Positions 11,901 through 21,337 of a DNA stretch of 64,000 nt are shown in pieces. Position numbers and translations under genes: made by a program. The notes beneath the pieces were generated by a model. That model made no database searches. It saw nothing but the letters and a program-made list of their open reading frames with translations, and was not told the origin of the DNA. Every line of letters starts with the position of its first letter. The stretch's first letter is position 1. Source of the DNA: Schmidtea nova (lineage: Eukaryota); the NCBI GenBank assembly GCA_044892505.1, contig CM097882.1, positions 527,000,001 to 527,064,000 of the forward strand, given 5' to 3'.

Positions 11901-14900
11901 TAAAATGGATTTCTTATTCCATAGAGGACAAGCCTCATTACAAAAAGTGTACTACGATCTGATAAATAACGATTGTATACTGAATCGGGAAATATTGAAG
12001 ACAAAGTTGGCCGTAGCGATTACGAATCCAGATAGCGCGATGCCGTTATTACCACTGAGAGAAGGACATTTCGGAAGAGTGGTTGGAGAGGCAATGTATG
12101 TATACATTTGCGAAAAGACACACGCATCGCTAGCAGCAACAACGCAGTTGAAACCTGGACAATGTACAAACGAACTAGAAATCGATTATAAAGGAAAAGT
12201 ACGATACGTTCAACCGGTGACGAGAATCATCAATCCACCAGGATTTGAACCAAATCCATTCAACTGTAGTAACGCGTACGGACCGCTTTATCAGAAGCCA
12301 GATGGCAAATGGGTAATGTTCCCAGGAAGAACCGAAGTATTAGCACCAAGAGAATTCGAGCTAATGCAGTTATCGAAGGATAGACAGTTCAGCGACGTAG
12401 ATGTCTCAAACAACGGAATCTATAGTCCAAAGGATTTAGAAGCAGCAAGGCAGAATATATTATTCCCGGCAAGAAGAGAAGCATTACTGTCAAATATCGT
12501 AACGATAACGGGAGGAACGGAGTATCGAGAAGGACCGAATTACGAACTGCTGTTGTCACCGGCACATTTCAAAAAAGCCACGGAAAATATGATGAAGGCA
12601 ATGTGGGGAAGATTCCTGATATTCGGACAAATGATGGCTGGAATACTGGGTGTCATATTGATAATACAAATTGTCAGAGTGATAATAACGCAAATGTTAG
12701 CGTGTTTCGATATCTACAAGAGAGAAAAGAAAGTGAATTGGAAGATGGTAGTAGGATTTTTACCATTCCTTGCGAAAACGATGGTGTTGCACGGACACTC
12801 AAAAGACATACATCGAATAAAGAGGTTATTGAAGATACTTGCAAAAATGAAAGGAACAAACGAAGATGTCGGAAGGAAATTCAAAAAGATAATGCAAGAC
12901 GAACAAGCAAGGCGACAACTCAAGAAAGAAAGGAAAGGATTATGGGAAAGAGTGAGAGGATATCGAACACAAGATGATTCAAGTAATGATGAGGATGACG
13001 ATGACGATCGAGGAGGACAAGCGAATATAAACCAGATTCCACAGTATAACGAAAAGAGTGCAGTTGAGAATTGGAGATACAGCGCTCCACCTCAGTCAAT
13101 GTACAACGAACCGATATACAAAGCGAAGCCGAATATGATGCAGATGATGCCGATGACAAGTATATACCCGATAATTCCAGAAGGATGCAAAGTAAAACGA
13201 GGTAGTAGCGTAAACTCGTTGGAAGACACGCACACGATAGCAGTTATGTCCACAAATATGGGACCCATCTTAACAACAACCGTAGAAATAAACGGAAGAG
13301 AAATCGAAGCTATGATCGATACAGGCGCGAATATTTCGGCGATCGACATTAATTATATACCAGAGAAAAATCAAGGAGAAATCGAGAAGACGAATGTACA
13401 TGTAATCGCGTGCAGTCAAGAGACAGTAGAAGTAGCCGGAAGATGGTTTGTAAAAATTAAGCATCGAGGTGCAGAGATCAACACGTACATCGCTGTAATA
13501 CCATCGCTGAGTGTACCATGTATTATTGGAACTGACCTGATGCCAGACCTGTTCAAGGAAATCGTAATTGATCTAGGAGCAATGAAGCTAAAAGATAGAA
13601 CAGGAAAAATCTGCAGAATGAAAGTTAAAGTAGCAAGCGCGGAACAAATAGTAGTGCCAGCGAGACATGAAATGATGTGTTATGTCAAGATCGATTCGAC
13701 AATCAAAGGAGACATGATATTCGAACCAAATAAGAAGTTCGAAGCAAAGAAAGAATTACCAATGGCAAGAGAATTGGTTACGATAAATCAACAAGGAGAA
13801 ATACCGATTAATCTGGTAAACTTCGACGAAGAGGACAAGATAATATACGAGAATGAGAATTTGGGTAAATTGACACCCATGTCCGAAATCGAAATACCAG
13901 ACAAGAATGAGAAAAGCAAAGGCGAATTACCATGGAAAATCGACAGTGTGTTGTTAGACGAACGACAAAAAGAACAGTTACAGAAACTGTTGATGGAATA
14001 TAAAGATATATTCGCAGCATCAGATTTAGATCTAGGAACATGTGATGTAACATTACACACGATACCGTTGACGGACGAAACGCCAATCGCATTACGACCA
14101 TATAAATTGGCAGAAGCTCAAAAAGCAGTGGCAGAAGAAGAGGTACAAAAGATGTTAGATGCAGAGGTCATCGAACCCAGTTGCTCACCCTGGCAATTCC
14201 CGGTGGTGATGGTGAAAAAGAAGGATGGAACTCAGAGATTCTGTATCGATTACAGACGATTGAACGCAGTTACGAAAAGAGATACGTACCCACTGCCAGA
14301 CATAAACGAAATGCTGTTGACACTACAAGGAGCAGCTTATTTCACGTCACTGGATTTAAAAAGCGGATATAGGCAGATCAAAATGAAAGACGAGGATAAA
14401 GAAAAGACAGCATTTACAATCGGACGAGATCTGTACCAATTCAAGAAAATGCCGTTTGGGTTAACAAACGCGCCAGCATCATTCCAGAGATGCATGAATT
14501 TCGTAACACATGGCATAAAACAATGCATGGTGTATATCGACGATCTATTGATCTACTCCGCAACATTTGAAGATCATTTACAAGACATCAGAAATGTGTT
14601 CGTGAAATTAAGGCAGTGGAAACTGAAATTGAAGCCGTCAAAGTGCGATTGGGCAAAAGAGAAAGTGACATTCTTAGGTCACATTGTATCAGCAAAAGGA
14701 AAAGAACCCGATCCAAGGAATATCGAAAAAGTCAAAGAATGTCCACCACCCAAGACAGTGACTCAAATACAAGAATTTCTGGGATTGTGTGGATATTATC
14801 GAAAATTCATCAAGGACTATGCAGGAATATCAAAACCAATGCAAGAATTGGTAAGACAAGATGTGTCGTTTGTATGGGGAATAGAACAGCAAGCAGCATT

Positions 14901-17900
14901 TGAAACATTACGAGATAAGCTGATTACAGCACCAATACTGGTCCATCCAGATTTTAAGAAGCCATTTCTGTTGGCAACAGATGCAAGTGGATACGCAGCA
15001 GGAGCAGTACTAGGCCAATTTGATGAAGAAGGCAAAGAGAGAGTAATCGGATATTACAGTCGAACGTTCAGGAAGCATGAAAGGAATTACTCAGTCACGG
15101 AAAGAGAAGCCTATGCGATAATATTGGCAATCAAGCATTTCAAATACCTATTGTGGGGTCATGAAATATATATCACAACGGATCATCAACCGCTAGTATG
15201 GTTAGGTCAACATAAAGAATCGTCAAGTAGATTGATGCGTTGGGCGATGCAGTTACAGGAATACTCGCCGTTCATAAAGTTTAAAGCAGGAAAAGCAAAT
15301 GCAAACGCGGATTGCATGTCAAGGTTTACATTTCCAGAATTGGTGAACCTGAATGCTCTAAAAATATGTGCATTAATAGCGGAAGATTTGGATTTCAGCG
15401 AACTAAGGAAAGATCAACTCGAAGATGAGGAGTTGGGATTGATCAGCAAGTATTTGAAAGAAAGGGAAATAGAAATATTCGGCAAGAACCAAACGTTGCG
15501 CGAACATATGCAGAAATATCAGCACCGATACGTGATGGAAAAAGGATGGTTATTGATACAAGATGGAGAACGAAGATTAATGTGCTTACCTGCGAATAGA
15601 CGAAAGGAAATCATGACTCAATATCATGACGGAAAATTAGGTGGACATATGTCAGCAAAAAAGACAATCGGGAGATTGAGACAAAAGTATTTTTGGCCAA
15701 CCATGGAAGATGATGTGAAAGAATGGATAAAGAACTGCTTAACCTGTGCGACAAGAAAGAACGTCGGAACGAAGTGGAAAACACCACTAAAACCAATGCC
15801 AATACCTGCAGAACCTATGGCGACGATAGCAATGGATGTAGTTGGGCCATTGCCGGAAAGTTTAAAAGGAAATCAGTACATATTAGTAGTCACGGACTAT
15901 CTAACAAAGTTCCCAGAAGCATTCGCAATACCGGATCAAAAGGCGAAAACAGTCGCAAGAATATTGGTGGAAGAGATATGCTGCAGATACGGAACACCAA
16001 AGAAAATCCTAACGGATCAAGGAACAAATTTCATGAGTGAAATATTGGACGAAGTTACGAATTACTTCAGAATTGCGAAATTACGAACATCCCCATACCA
16101 TCCACAAACGAACGGACAAACAGAAAGATTCAATGGAACATTGATACGCATGTTGTCAAATTACGTCAGCAAACATCAAACTGACTGGGACGAGTATATC
16201 AACTTGTGTTTAATGGCATACAGAATGTCAATACATGCGGCAACAAAGCTAAGTCCATTCCAACTGATGTACGGAAGAGATTGCAACTTACCGATCGATT
16301 TAGAATACCAACCACCATTATCACAGTATATGGAGGTTGACGATTACGTTACAAAGTTCAAAGAAAGAATGCAAGAAATCTGGAAAACGGCGGAACTGAA
16401 CATCAAGTTCTATCAAGAAAGTTATAAGGATCTACATGATCAGAAAAGGAACGTGAAAGCACATGATTTAAAAGTTGGAGATTGGGTGATAATCGAAACA
16501 CCAGAGATAATACCCGGTACGGTCAAGAAACTCCAACGACCAGGCAAAGGGCCATACGAAATAACAACCGTAAACGAAAATAATGTGCGAGTACGATTGG
16601 TGAACAATCCATTGGTAAGACCGATATACGTGAATGCATGTCGATGCAGGAAAATACCAAAGACAGCAACTCTATCACCAGAGAAACGGGTGATGACAAG
16701 ATCACAGACGGCGAGAATTAATATGTTGCGAGTACAACAAAAGCCGCAAACAAGTCTAGAAGACAACCGAAGAGAAGTAATAGACCTCAAAGAACTGGCA
16801 AAGAGGACCAGAGAAATTATACCAGAATGGAAATGGTGGTTCGATTTCAATATACTGTCAGAAGTACGGAAGAATGTAATGGAGTATGCGAAAGACAGGA
16901 CAGCGCATCCAATAACAAGAACGCTGCTAGAGGAGATCCCTCAGACATTGAATCTACAAGACAAAGATGGAAACACAGCGTTGCACAATGCAATCAAGCA
17001 CGGTGGAAACGAAAAAGTGAAAGAGATTGTGGAGATGATACTCGAAGGTGGAGGAGAAATTGACAAAGTGAACTGGGAAGGAATTACTCCACTGATGATG
17101 ATGACCATTCACGGAAGAAACGATGAGATAATCAAGCTATTCGGAAACACCAGATCGAATTGGATGACAAAAGATAAAGAAGGACGAACATTCTTGAATC
17201 ATGCAATTGATAGAGCGAATCACCGAATACTGAAGTATATTACGGAAAATGCCACGTGGGAAATCGACGAACTAACCAGAGGATCAATCATGAAACAAGC
17301 AATCGGGGTAAGGAACAGTAAAACCTGGAGAATATTGCTGAAGTGGAAACGACCAGAAGGAGATTCATGGGTCGTAAATTGTAATGAAGTATTCACAAGG
17401 GGAGAAAATGCGTTACTGAAACATCTACTAGAGGTAACATACGATCCAAAAACACTTGCAGTATTGATAGCGAGAGATACGCTACGGGTTAGTGAGAACC
17501 CAAGAGAATACAAGCTGGAAGACAGAAAGAAAGAATTATTCGGATTAATCAAGAGATGGTGTGATAAACAATGGAATCCGGATATGAGCTTCGAACATTT
17601 CTATGACATCCAAAAGCAGCACAAAGAAATAAGCAAGCAATATAAAGAGCTGATAGAAGCATTGAAATATGGACAGTTCTTCAGACAAGCAGTGTATCAA
17701 GACCAACGAATGAAACAGATGCAAACGCGAATAAGAAGCAAAGCAGTGTTGTTCAATGCAAAAGCTGATTATCAAGAGAGATTAGACGCAATCGTAGCAA
17801 AAGCACAAGAAAAACTATCGGACTTCAAAGGGAATAAAAACTCGTTGGAGATACTAGGAGCGATTAAAGAAAAAGTGCACAGATACGCACAAGGAGATTA

Positions 17901-20862
17901 TAACGAGAATGACATAGAAACGATCAAAAATCAAATGCCAGTGGCATTCCTATTATCGAAGGATTGGAGATTGCCGATACACTGGGCATTACGTCGAAAG
18001 AAAGAAAACGAAGTGTTAGAAATAACGAAAACAATGGTCAAGTGCGAAGCAGATATGAATACGGTTGATGATAATGGAGATACAATCATGATAATCGCAG
18101 CAAGGAAGAAGACGAACTGCAAAGTGCTAAGTGAATTATACGAAGCAGGAGCAAAAATCGAAGGGAAAAATGGAAAGAATAATTCCATCATAGATATCGC
18201 AATACAGTGGAACAACTTCGAGATGATCAAGTTCATGAAGTCCATCAAGAAACAAGATGATATCGAATACCTGGCAAATAACGTAAAGAATTTCAGTCTG
18301 ACAGTAATGATACACGACATAGAGAAAACAAGAGCATTACTAACATGGGTGAATCCGATCACCAAGGAACCGGCATTCAAGATCAATGACCATATGGAAC
18401 AGAATCAGAATTGGTGTATCAGAAGCGCGTTGTTAAGACACAAAAAGCCAGAGATAGTAGAAGAATTCTTAAAGAGAAGAGATTTGAAGTTCACGAACAA
18501 TCCAAAGGAACAGGAACGAATGGGAAGATGGAAAGACTTGTTCAGAAAATATGTGAATGAATGGGCAAATGCCAAAGAAGCGATCAAGCAAAGTAGACTA
18601 AAGGACATAGAACCATCCAAGGATATGGAAATACGTGAATTCGAGTCTAGCACACTCGCGGTTCAAGCGTATGAAAGATTAATCGAAGAAATTAATGTCG
18701 AGGACGACATTTTTAAAGGACCAGGGGGTGGTTCCAAAGATCACAACGATAAAGGAGACGATGAAGAGAAGAACAACGAAGACAATGACAACAAAAGAAC
18801 GGAGGATAATGAAAAAGAAAGACAAGAAGAACCGAAGCCAACGAGAAACGACAAGAAAAGAGAAGCAGAAGAACGAGAAAACAGTGGAACAAAAGACGAA
18901 CGTACAAACTATGGAAAACGAACAGGAAGTCTACTTTTGAGACCGGAAATGTTGTGTATCGCGATATTGATAACAATCATAGGACAAGGAGAAGCCAAGA
19001 AACAATACGTCACGCTGGAAATAATCAGAGGAAACGAAGTATACGAAAGAATATGCTGGAAAGAAAACCTGAAGAAAAACGACACGCTGAAGTGTATATT
19101 GTCAGATCTGAAGCGAGACGTCATCCAAATCAAAGGATTGGAGAAAGAAAAGTCATACATAATATGCGCAATAAAGCAGAGAGGAGAACCAAAAGCACCT
19201 CAAGTAACTGCATGTCAATTATATAAAGCAACAGAAGCGCTGAAAATACAGAAATGGATTGGGAAAAGAAGCGAAGAGACAACGAGAAGAACAGAAGTGG
19301 AACCAGAGAAAGGAAAAAATCAAACCGAAGCAGAAGAGGGAATCAGAAACCGAACAGAGAAAGAAAGAACAACCAAAAATTCAGCGGGCAAATTAACATT
19401 CCAACCAGAATTGATATGTGTAGCATTAATATTAATCCTCATTAAGAGAATCATGGAGGACATAGATATCAGCGTGATGACGTTAGTAAACATCCAAGAT
19501 CAACGAACAACGAATGGAAGATGTTGGGGACGAAACAATGAGGTAATTGGAATCAGCGAAACAAGAGAAAGTCGAGAAGCAGAGACAAACGAAGAAATTG
19601 AGATAACCGAAATGGAGACAGATAGAAAATGTGAACTATGTCTCATGGAAAAAGCAGCAAACGGAAACAAACCAGGAACAAGCGAGTGTAAAGTGTTCCA
19701 AACAAAGGAGATAATTGAGTTCCCAAAAAGAAAGAAACAAGACCAAGAAACGATTGCGAAAGAAATAGTAACCGTGGAGATAAAAAACATTGGTCGGAGA
19801 ACAATTGGGATGTGTTGGAGAAAATACATCGGACTATCGACCAACAACATAATACCGCAATGTAAAACGAGAGAACGAGGAATCCCGTTTCAACTAAATG
19901 GATTCGAAGTCGGACAAGCTTACGAAATTTGCGTAATCCGAAGAATAAGAGAAGTAATACAAAGAAGCCTGGAGTGCAGACTGTACAAGACGCCAGAGCA
20001 AATTAACGGAACGAGAACGATTGAAATGGGAAGAAGTCAACCGAGGAAAAGAAAGTCAAGAAGAACCACAACAACCAACAGTCAAGGATTTCAACAGGCA
20101 ACAACAGAAAGGACGACAATAGAAAACGAACCAGAATCAACGACTCTGATAATATGGAAGATCCATAAAAAGGTCCTAGAAATCTGTTGGACATTAATGC
20201 CAAACAGTATGGGAAAGTCCCCACGAAACTGTCAAAAGACATCAAATGATAAAGGAGAAATAATCGAAGTAGAAATGAGGAAGTTGGAAATAAACGCAGA
20301 ATACGAAGTATGTGCAATTGAAGAAGTGGGTACACAAGGAAATCCACAAGAAAGGTGCGAAACCTACTACACACCAATAAAGAGGAGAATCAAAAAGTTA
20401 GAATTCCGAGAATTGAGTCAGAAAAGAGAACAAACAGAGACGGAGGAAATACTACAAAATCAACAAGAAAGATGGGAACCAGAGAAAGTGATCGAAGAAG
20501 TCAGACGGAGACAACAACAATACGAACAATGGGAAGCAGAATGGAAAGGTCAATATGGCGTGATGATAAACCAAAGTGAAACTCCGAAGATGAGCATTGG
20601 GAAAACAATAATGGGATTAATCAGCATGGGAGTATTCATAGGGTGTATACCGCTGATAACGATCATGATAGTATGTTGGAGATATGGCATGAGAAATAAG
20701 ACCATAGCAGTAAAATGGCCGGACGTAAAGGTCACGAACTACAACATAAAACTACCAAAAGAAGTACGAGAAGAGCTAAAAAGACGATCAAAACACGAAG
20801 AGATGTGGGTACAGATCGAGGACGAGGAACTGTACGAAGGAAAACCAGTAATAGTTGTATAG
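5965..20862 (+). CDS. 4965-aa Gag-accessory-Env-Pol-accessory polyprotein
   Basis: Single open frame containing CCHC knuckles, glycoprotein, PR, RT, RNase H, integrase, ankyrin repeats and a C-terminal membrane module. Confidence 0.97.
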   Translation: MSEHREDLREKFKGEPFNGDASRLDTFLKEFGIFVDICGWSAETLANRIPLYLKDSALDLYIEKRSGSSPPRTWEAIKEFFQQTFGINKVLNEAFDEFSARKQRRNESNAVYASELRKLAKLAFKRGSPVDEELMTALFVRGLRRPDIRAQVGCKGCKTVDEALEAANLFELHMAMNDMRITAVMGKTTEDEEQGKRNMNQSIPHSQRLFKEPPARKNNGYITVNTNGGNSYNDRQNRQCQTCGKNGHWQQDCFQNVACKLCGQKGHSENRCYGKTCYTCGKTGHMSRDCNQQRSWSNSGNRPNYGNRPSHGNQGQQRNNPNSSANEASMKEAKLRQEVSRLHEIIESMAKGSQQAAQPKINMIQLIEAEAERENRESQQKHNQEWARVRREEEQVRQQRLQQLKKGNPRINMMRAMMEEKQQDESDELEVKEKRNEEQKQEEVRQEVETTEQNQKVEEVEKETETEKETEKETNQEEEVRIKQRGMLVIMPNDHVWRFKYDVKEEVGRLFNKVNEMMPGVTKLPREAFLQTEDLPEVKLKMTDIWEDMGVTETKINVMIIREVEPEKIPPPVKHQTRISRIFKGKIRRRRLEEIDELGKRMGKAEIMGDESEITQEVSKNEARPIAHIGMLRHPRQELSDEEDDSEVSSLAGDMLKEPENEDKKMEVVETIETLSVTEDEIQKLMDNALEVIHNEEFIDGNRYRKFIRAVWQMKYKKWLQEREVRVIQEFIERLLKEPLNEYIIQIWINECSPRIWIRNPMTDGIYRWVEDRLGSSYKDKFIYSENGLVRKGTHMIDTGIWPGEITTLSICNTKKEENLQGIVKEANTCYEMRIKPQLLEAKERILAENLNTMIEQIIQQIKKHRKELTKNEYENLKQCIENIRDTSQTRHSNFKTDKLIAKMGKEMFKRGEVSDLKITVRLPNEETRQIEVIPDSKVGEIVDVINETILQREREDEFENDIAIKYKEHLLNERDERRAYKIGIWDNYQTIHVIRMDDVQRATPRDEERKKKRQEDVMRKLRQIVEIYRNWQMKPEWETILGELDLNRRRLTPVEKQWDNKEKCWKVKRGVYEEDPEGEDRYERNTKRICMVTRRLLPTDLDGPETAVIWAELEKQKTSELIELLRGNTRGKRQTIKGLAQFIISNGEDMTNLRKVAKAIAEYKRVNEWCPEQLDDVIKKWRNKEFAEETPQKIHLRIMYPNQRKEEFWVMLTEKVKSVKEKLMYELPFHLQHQGRSLDNNLEIWLTPVQLDLMNTLTVAQIVGQPLKFKEEKKPKGSMSTPSPMKSTMTPGTSSGQARTTPIKTRERTPPEAYDVDEILTDSDEAIEELTKLTQKPTANIFDRIIEMPITSPAEIDDQGVEQEVVIEMINDSEDEQEQPQFTQEMERWLEQRANEGRDVTEETGRATRFVETGTGMEKRPRGRPKIDPATTIPKTREERRQEQWEICLKKLDKIAEIRGKEENQVCQEEWLTKTIMDVLAIIDPELKNLWRINEPSTKAKMLHNAIAPIMPELIKAKTKSNHLDWQGTTMLIKRLLNGAETDSKYLVAISYTIYNLLTLSRGSPKSSPMGRHIKNTAMIIEKEIEPYILRKGGWEKFIKENQTKEGSNVMRKKLEGVLREMENRQTMQGNGRSTLNLNSIIMMMLVCLLSTEGVTTFEVFDCDQMKLGEKYSLRGTEQCKDATPVELKEIKKEQWYHVYQEAELIKTMVNECKVQKTRFAFYCGRGHYSAIVMPGTEREPIILQGEDCEALFKHGEVTTRDKIKIKGKPGMMLQQTYYVAGRITGGEGYCQGETYPIFGAPATNLVVMDTYIVELKSYEAFFEPTTGEMKTLSMCKIDRSMCQTGMSTLVYKPKVNECQLQLLQGAKFDEIQGKTFQEEDDDDKARAKHLKEALENKRQLKSEQREKRIEMRTTPTVLITTNQDVGMRFIKGKATLKCSTTVYETNYPGIYVSKQEVPNAKPKIDTMDIKLHLYVNNKMDFLFHRGQASLQKVYYDLINNDCILNREILKTKLAVAITNPDSAMPLLPLREGHFGRVVGEAMYVYICEKTHASLAATTQLKPGQCTNELEIDYKGKVRYVQPVTRIINPPGFEPNPFNCSNAYGPLYQKPDGKWVMFPGRTEVLAPREFELMQLSKDRQFSDVDVSNNGIYSPKDLEAARQNILFPARREALLSNIVTITGGTEYREGPNYELLLSPAHFKKATENMMKAMWGRFLIFGQMMAGILGVILIIQIVRVIITQMLACFDIYKREKKVNWKMVVGFLPFLAKTMVLHGHSKDIHRIKRLLKILAKMKGTNEDVGRKFKKIMQDEQARRQLKKERKGLWERVRGYRTQDDSSNDEDDDDDRGGQANINQIPQYNEKSAVENWRYSAPPQSMYNEPIYKAKPNMMQMMPMTSIYPIIPEGCKVKRGSSVNSLEDTHTIAVMSTNMGPILTTTVEINGREIEAMIDTGANISAIDINYIPEKNQGEIEKTNVHVIACSQETVEVAGRWFVKIKHRGAEINTYIAVIPSLSVPCIIGTDLMPDLFKEIVIDLGAMKLKDRTGKICRMKVKVASAEQIVVPARHEMMCYVKIDSTIKGDMIFEPNKKFEAKKELPMARELVTINQQGEIPINLVNFDEEDKIIYENENLGKLTPMSEIEIPDKNEKSKGELPWKIDSVLLDERQKEQLQKLLMEYKDIFAASDLDLGTCDVTLHTIPLTDETPIALRPYKLAEAQKAVAEEEVQKMLDAEVIEPSCSPWQFPVVMVKKKDGTQRFCIDYRRLNAVTKRDTYPLPDINEMLLTLQGAAYFTSLDLKSGYRQIKMKDEDKEKTAFTIGRDLYQFKKMPFGLTNAPASFQRCMNFVTHGIKQCMVYIDDLLIYSATFEDHLQDIRNVFVKLRQWKLKLKPSKCDWAKEKVTFLGHIVSAKGKEPDPRNIEKVKECPPPKTVTQIQEFLGLCGYYRKFIKDYAGISKPMQELVRQDVSFVWGIEQQAAFETLRDKLITAPILVHPDFKKPFLLATDASGYAAGAVLGQFDEEGKERVIGYYSRTFRKHERNYSVTEREAYAIILAIKHFKYLLWGHEIYITTDHQPLVWLGQHKESSSRLMRWAMQLQEYSPFIKFKAGKANANADCMSRFTFPELVNLNALKICALIAEDLDFSELRKDQLEDEELGLISKYLKEREIEIFGKNQTLREHMQKYQHRYVMEKGWLLIQDGERRLMCLPANRRKEIMTQYHDGKLGGHMSAKKTIGRLRQKYFWPTMEDDVKEWIKNCLTCATRKNVGTKWKTPLKPMPIPAEPMATIAMDVVGPLPESLKGNQYILVVTDYLTKFPEAFAIPDQKAKTVARILVEEICCRYGTPKKILTDQGTNFMSEILDEVTNYFRIAKLRTSPYHPQTNGQTERFNGTLIRMLSNYVSKHQTDWDEYINLCLMAYRMSIHAATKLSPFQLMYGRDCNLPIDLEYQPPLSQYMEVDDYVTKFKERMQEIWKTAELNIKFYQESYKDLHDQKRNVKAHDLKVGDWVIIETPEIIPGTVKKLQRPGKGPYEITTVNENNVRVRLVNNPLVRPIYVNACRCRKIPKTATLSPEKRVMTRSQTARINMLRVQQKPQTSLEDNRREVIDLKELAKRTREIIPEWKWWFDFNILSEVRKNVMEYAKDRTAHPITRTLLEEIPQTLNLQDKDGNTALHNAIKHGGNEKVKEIVEMILEGGGEIDKVNWEGITPLMMMTIHGRNDEIIKLFGNTRSNWMTKDKEGRTFLNHAIDRANHRILKYITENATWEIDELTRGSIMKQAIGVRNSKTWRILLKWKRPEGDSWVVNCNEVFTRGENALLKHLLEVTYDPKTLAVLIARDTLRVSENPREYKLEDRKKELFGLIKRWCDKQWNPDMSFEHFYDIQKQHKEISKQYKELIEALKYGQFFRQAVYQDQRMKQMQTRIRSKAVLFNAKADYQERLDAIVAKAQEKLSDFKGNKNSLEILGAIKEKVHRYAQGDYNENDIETIKNQMPVAFLLSKDWRLPIHWALRRKKENEVLEITKTMVKCEADMNTVDDNGDTIMIIAARKKTNCKVLSELYEAGAKIEGKNGKNNSIIDIAIQWNNFEMIKFMKSIKKQDDIEYLANNVKNFSLTVMIHDIEKTRALLTWVNPITKEPAFKINDHMEQNQNWCIRSALLRHKKPEIVEEFLKRRDLKFTNNPKEQERMGRWKDLFRKYVNEWANAKEAIKQSRLKDIEPSKDMEIREFESSTLAVQAYERLIEEINVEDDIFKGPGGGSKDHNDKGDDEEKNNEDNDNKRTEDNEKERQEEPKPTRNDKKREAEERENSGTKDERTNYGKRTGSLLLRPEMLCIAILITIIGQGEAKKQYVTLEIIRGNEVYERICWKENLKKNDTLKCILSDLKRDVIQIKGLEKEKSYIICAIKQRGEPKAPQVTACQLYKATEALKIQKWIGKRSEETTRRTEVEPEKGKNQTEAEEGIRNRTEKERTTKNSAGKLTFQPELICVALILILIKRIMEDIDISVMTLVNIQDQRTTNGRCWGRNNEVIGISETRESREAETNEEIEITEMETDRKCELCLMEKAANGNKPGTSECKVFQTKEIIEFPKRKKQDQETIAKEIVTVEIKNIGRRTIGMCWRKYIGLSTNNIIPQCKTRERGIPFQLNGFEVGQAYEICVIRRIREVIQRSLECRLYKTPEQINGTRTIEMGRSQPRKRKSRRTTTTNSQGFQQATTERTTIENEPESTTLIIWKIHKKVLEICWTLMPNSMGKSPRNCQKTSNDKGEIIEVEMRKLEINAEYEVCAIEEVGTQGNPQERCETYYTPIKRRIKKLEFRELSQKREQTETEEILQNQQERWEPEKVIEEVRRRQQQYEQWEAEWKGQYGVMINQSETPKMSIGKTIMGLISMGVFIGCIPLITIMIVCWRYGMRNKTIAVKWPDVKVTNYNIKLPKEVREELKRRSKHEEMWVQIEDEELYEGKPVIVV
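6682..6834 (+). other. Gag nucleocapsid: three CCHC zinc knuckles
   Basis: CQTCGKNGHWQQDC, CKLCGQKGHSENRC, CYTCGKTGHMSRDC. Confidence 0.95.
10873..12790 (+). other. Envelope-like glycoprotein domain (signal-like helix, Cys-rich ectodomain, TM)
   Basis: Hydrophobic LNSIIMMMLVCLLSTEG; FDC..SL..C and CKVQKTRFAFYCG Cys pattern as in chuvirus-type G proteins; TM MWGRFLIFGQMMAGILGVILIIQIV. Confidence 0.75.
13260..16730 (+). other. Pol core: aspartic protease, RT, RNase H, integrase
   Basis: DTG 13318, YIDD 14533, ATDAS ~14974, H-x(6)-H...CxxC ~15623-15750, integrase core D(MDV)-D(DQG)-E(TERFN). All catalytic residues present. Confidence 0.97.
16945..18245 (+). other. Ankyrin-repeat region fused after integrase (two clusters)
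   Basis: NLQDKDGNTALHNAI, KVNWEGITPLMM, TKDKEGRTFLNHAI, NTVDDNGDTIMIIAA, GKNGKNNSIIDIAI. Confidence 0.9.
18931..20862 (+). other. C-terminal type I membrane module with three Cys-bearing FN3-like repeats
   Basis: Signal-like LLLRPEMLCIAILITIIGQGEA; three repeats with xICW..C..(I/L)xGLExxxxYx(I/V)C..C (19009, 19768, 20140); TM 20596-20680. Confidence 0.65.
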
Positions 20863-20986
20863 AGGGTGGAATATGAGTGTAAATAATAGTGTAAAAACCA
20901 ATGCATAACCGTATACGTATGGGTATAAATATTATAAAACATAAAAACAGAAAAAAGAGAATGATGTATATAATCTAGAAAAAACG

Positions 20987-21337
20987 ATGAACCAAGAAAA
21001 TATCGAGATGTCAATGATGACGAGATGGAAAGTACAATGCGACCTGCTAGCCAGAACAGTAAATGAATTACAGAGCCAGTTGACGGCAAAAACGCAATTA
21101 TTAACCGAGAGTTATAACGGTAATTTCGAAGCAATGAACAAAATCGAGATCCAACAAATACAGATAAACGAATTACAGAACGAGAACCGAACATTAAATG
21201 AAGTGAACAACTGGCAAGCAGAGGAAATTGATCGATTAACGAGACATGAAGAGGAGGAGATACCGGATAGTTGGACGAGCTGGATTGTAAATGAGATAGA
21301 CGTGTATCCAGAGCCAGATTCAACTGAGGATGTGTAG
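20987..21337 (+). CDS. Element cargo: 116-aa coiled-coil protein
   Basis: Intact ORF with the element's codon bias and heptad pattern. Ends EPDSTEDV. Confidence 0.7.
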   Translation: MNQENIEMSMMTRWKVQCDLLARTVNELQSQLTAKTQLLTESYNGNFEAMNKIEIQQIQINELQNENRTLNEVNNWQAEEIDRLTRHEEEEIPDSWTSWIVNEIDVYPEPDSTEDV

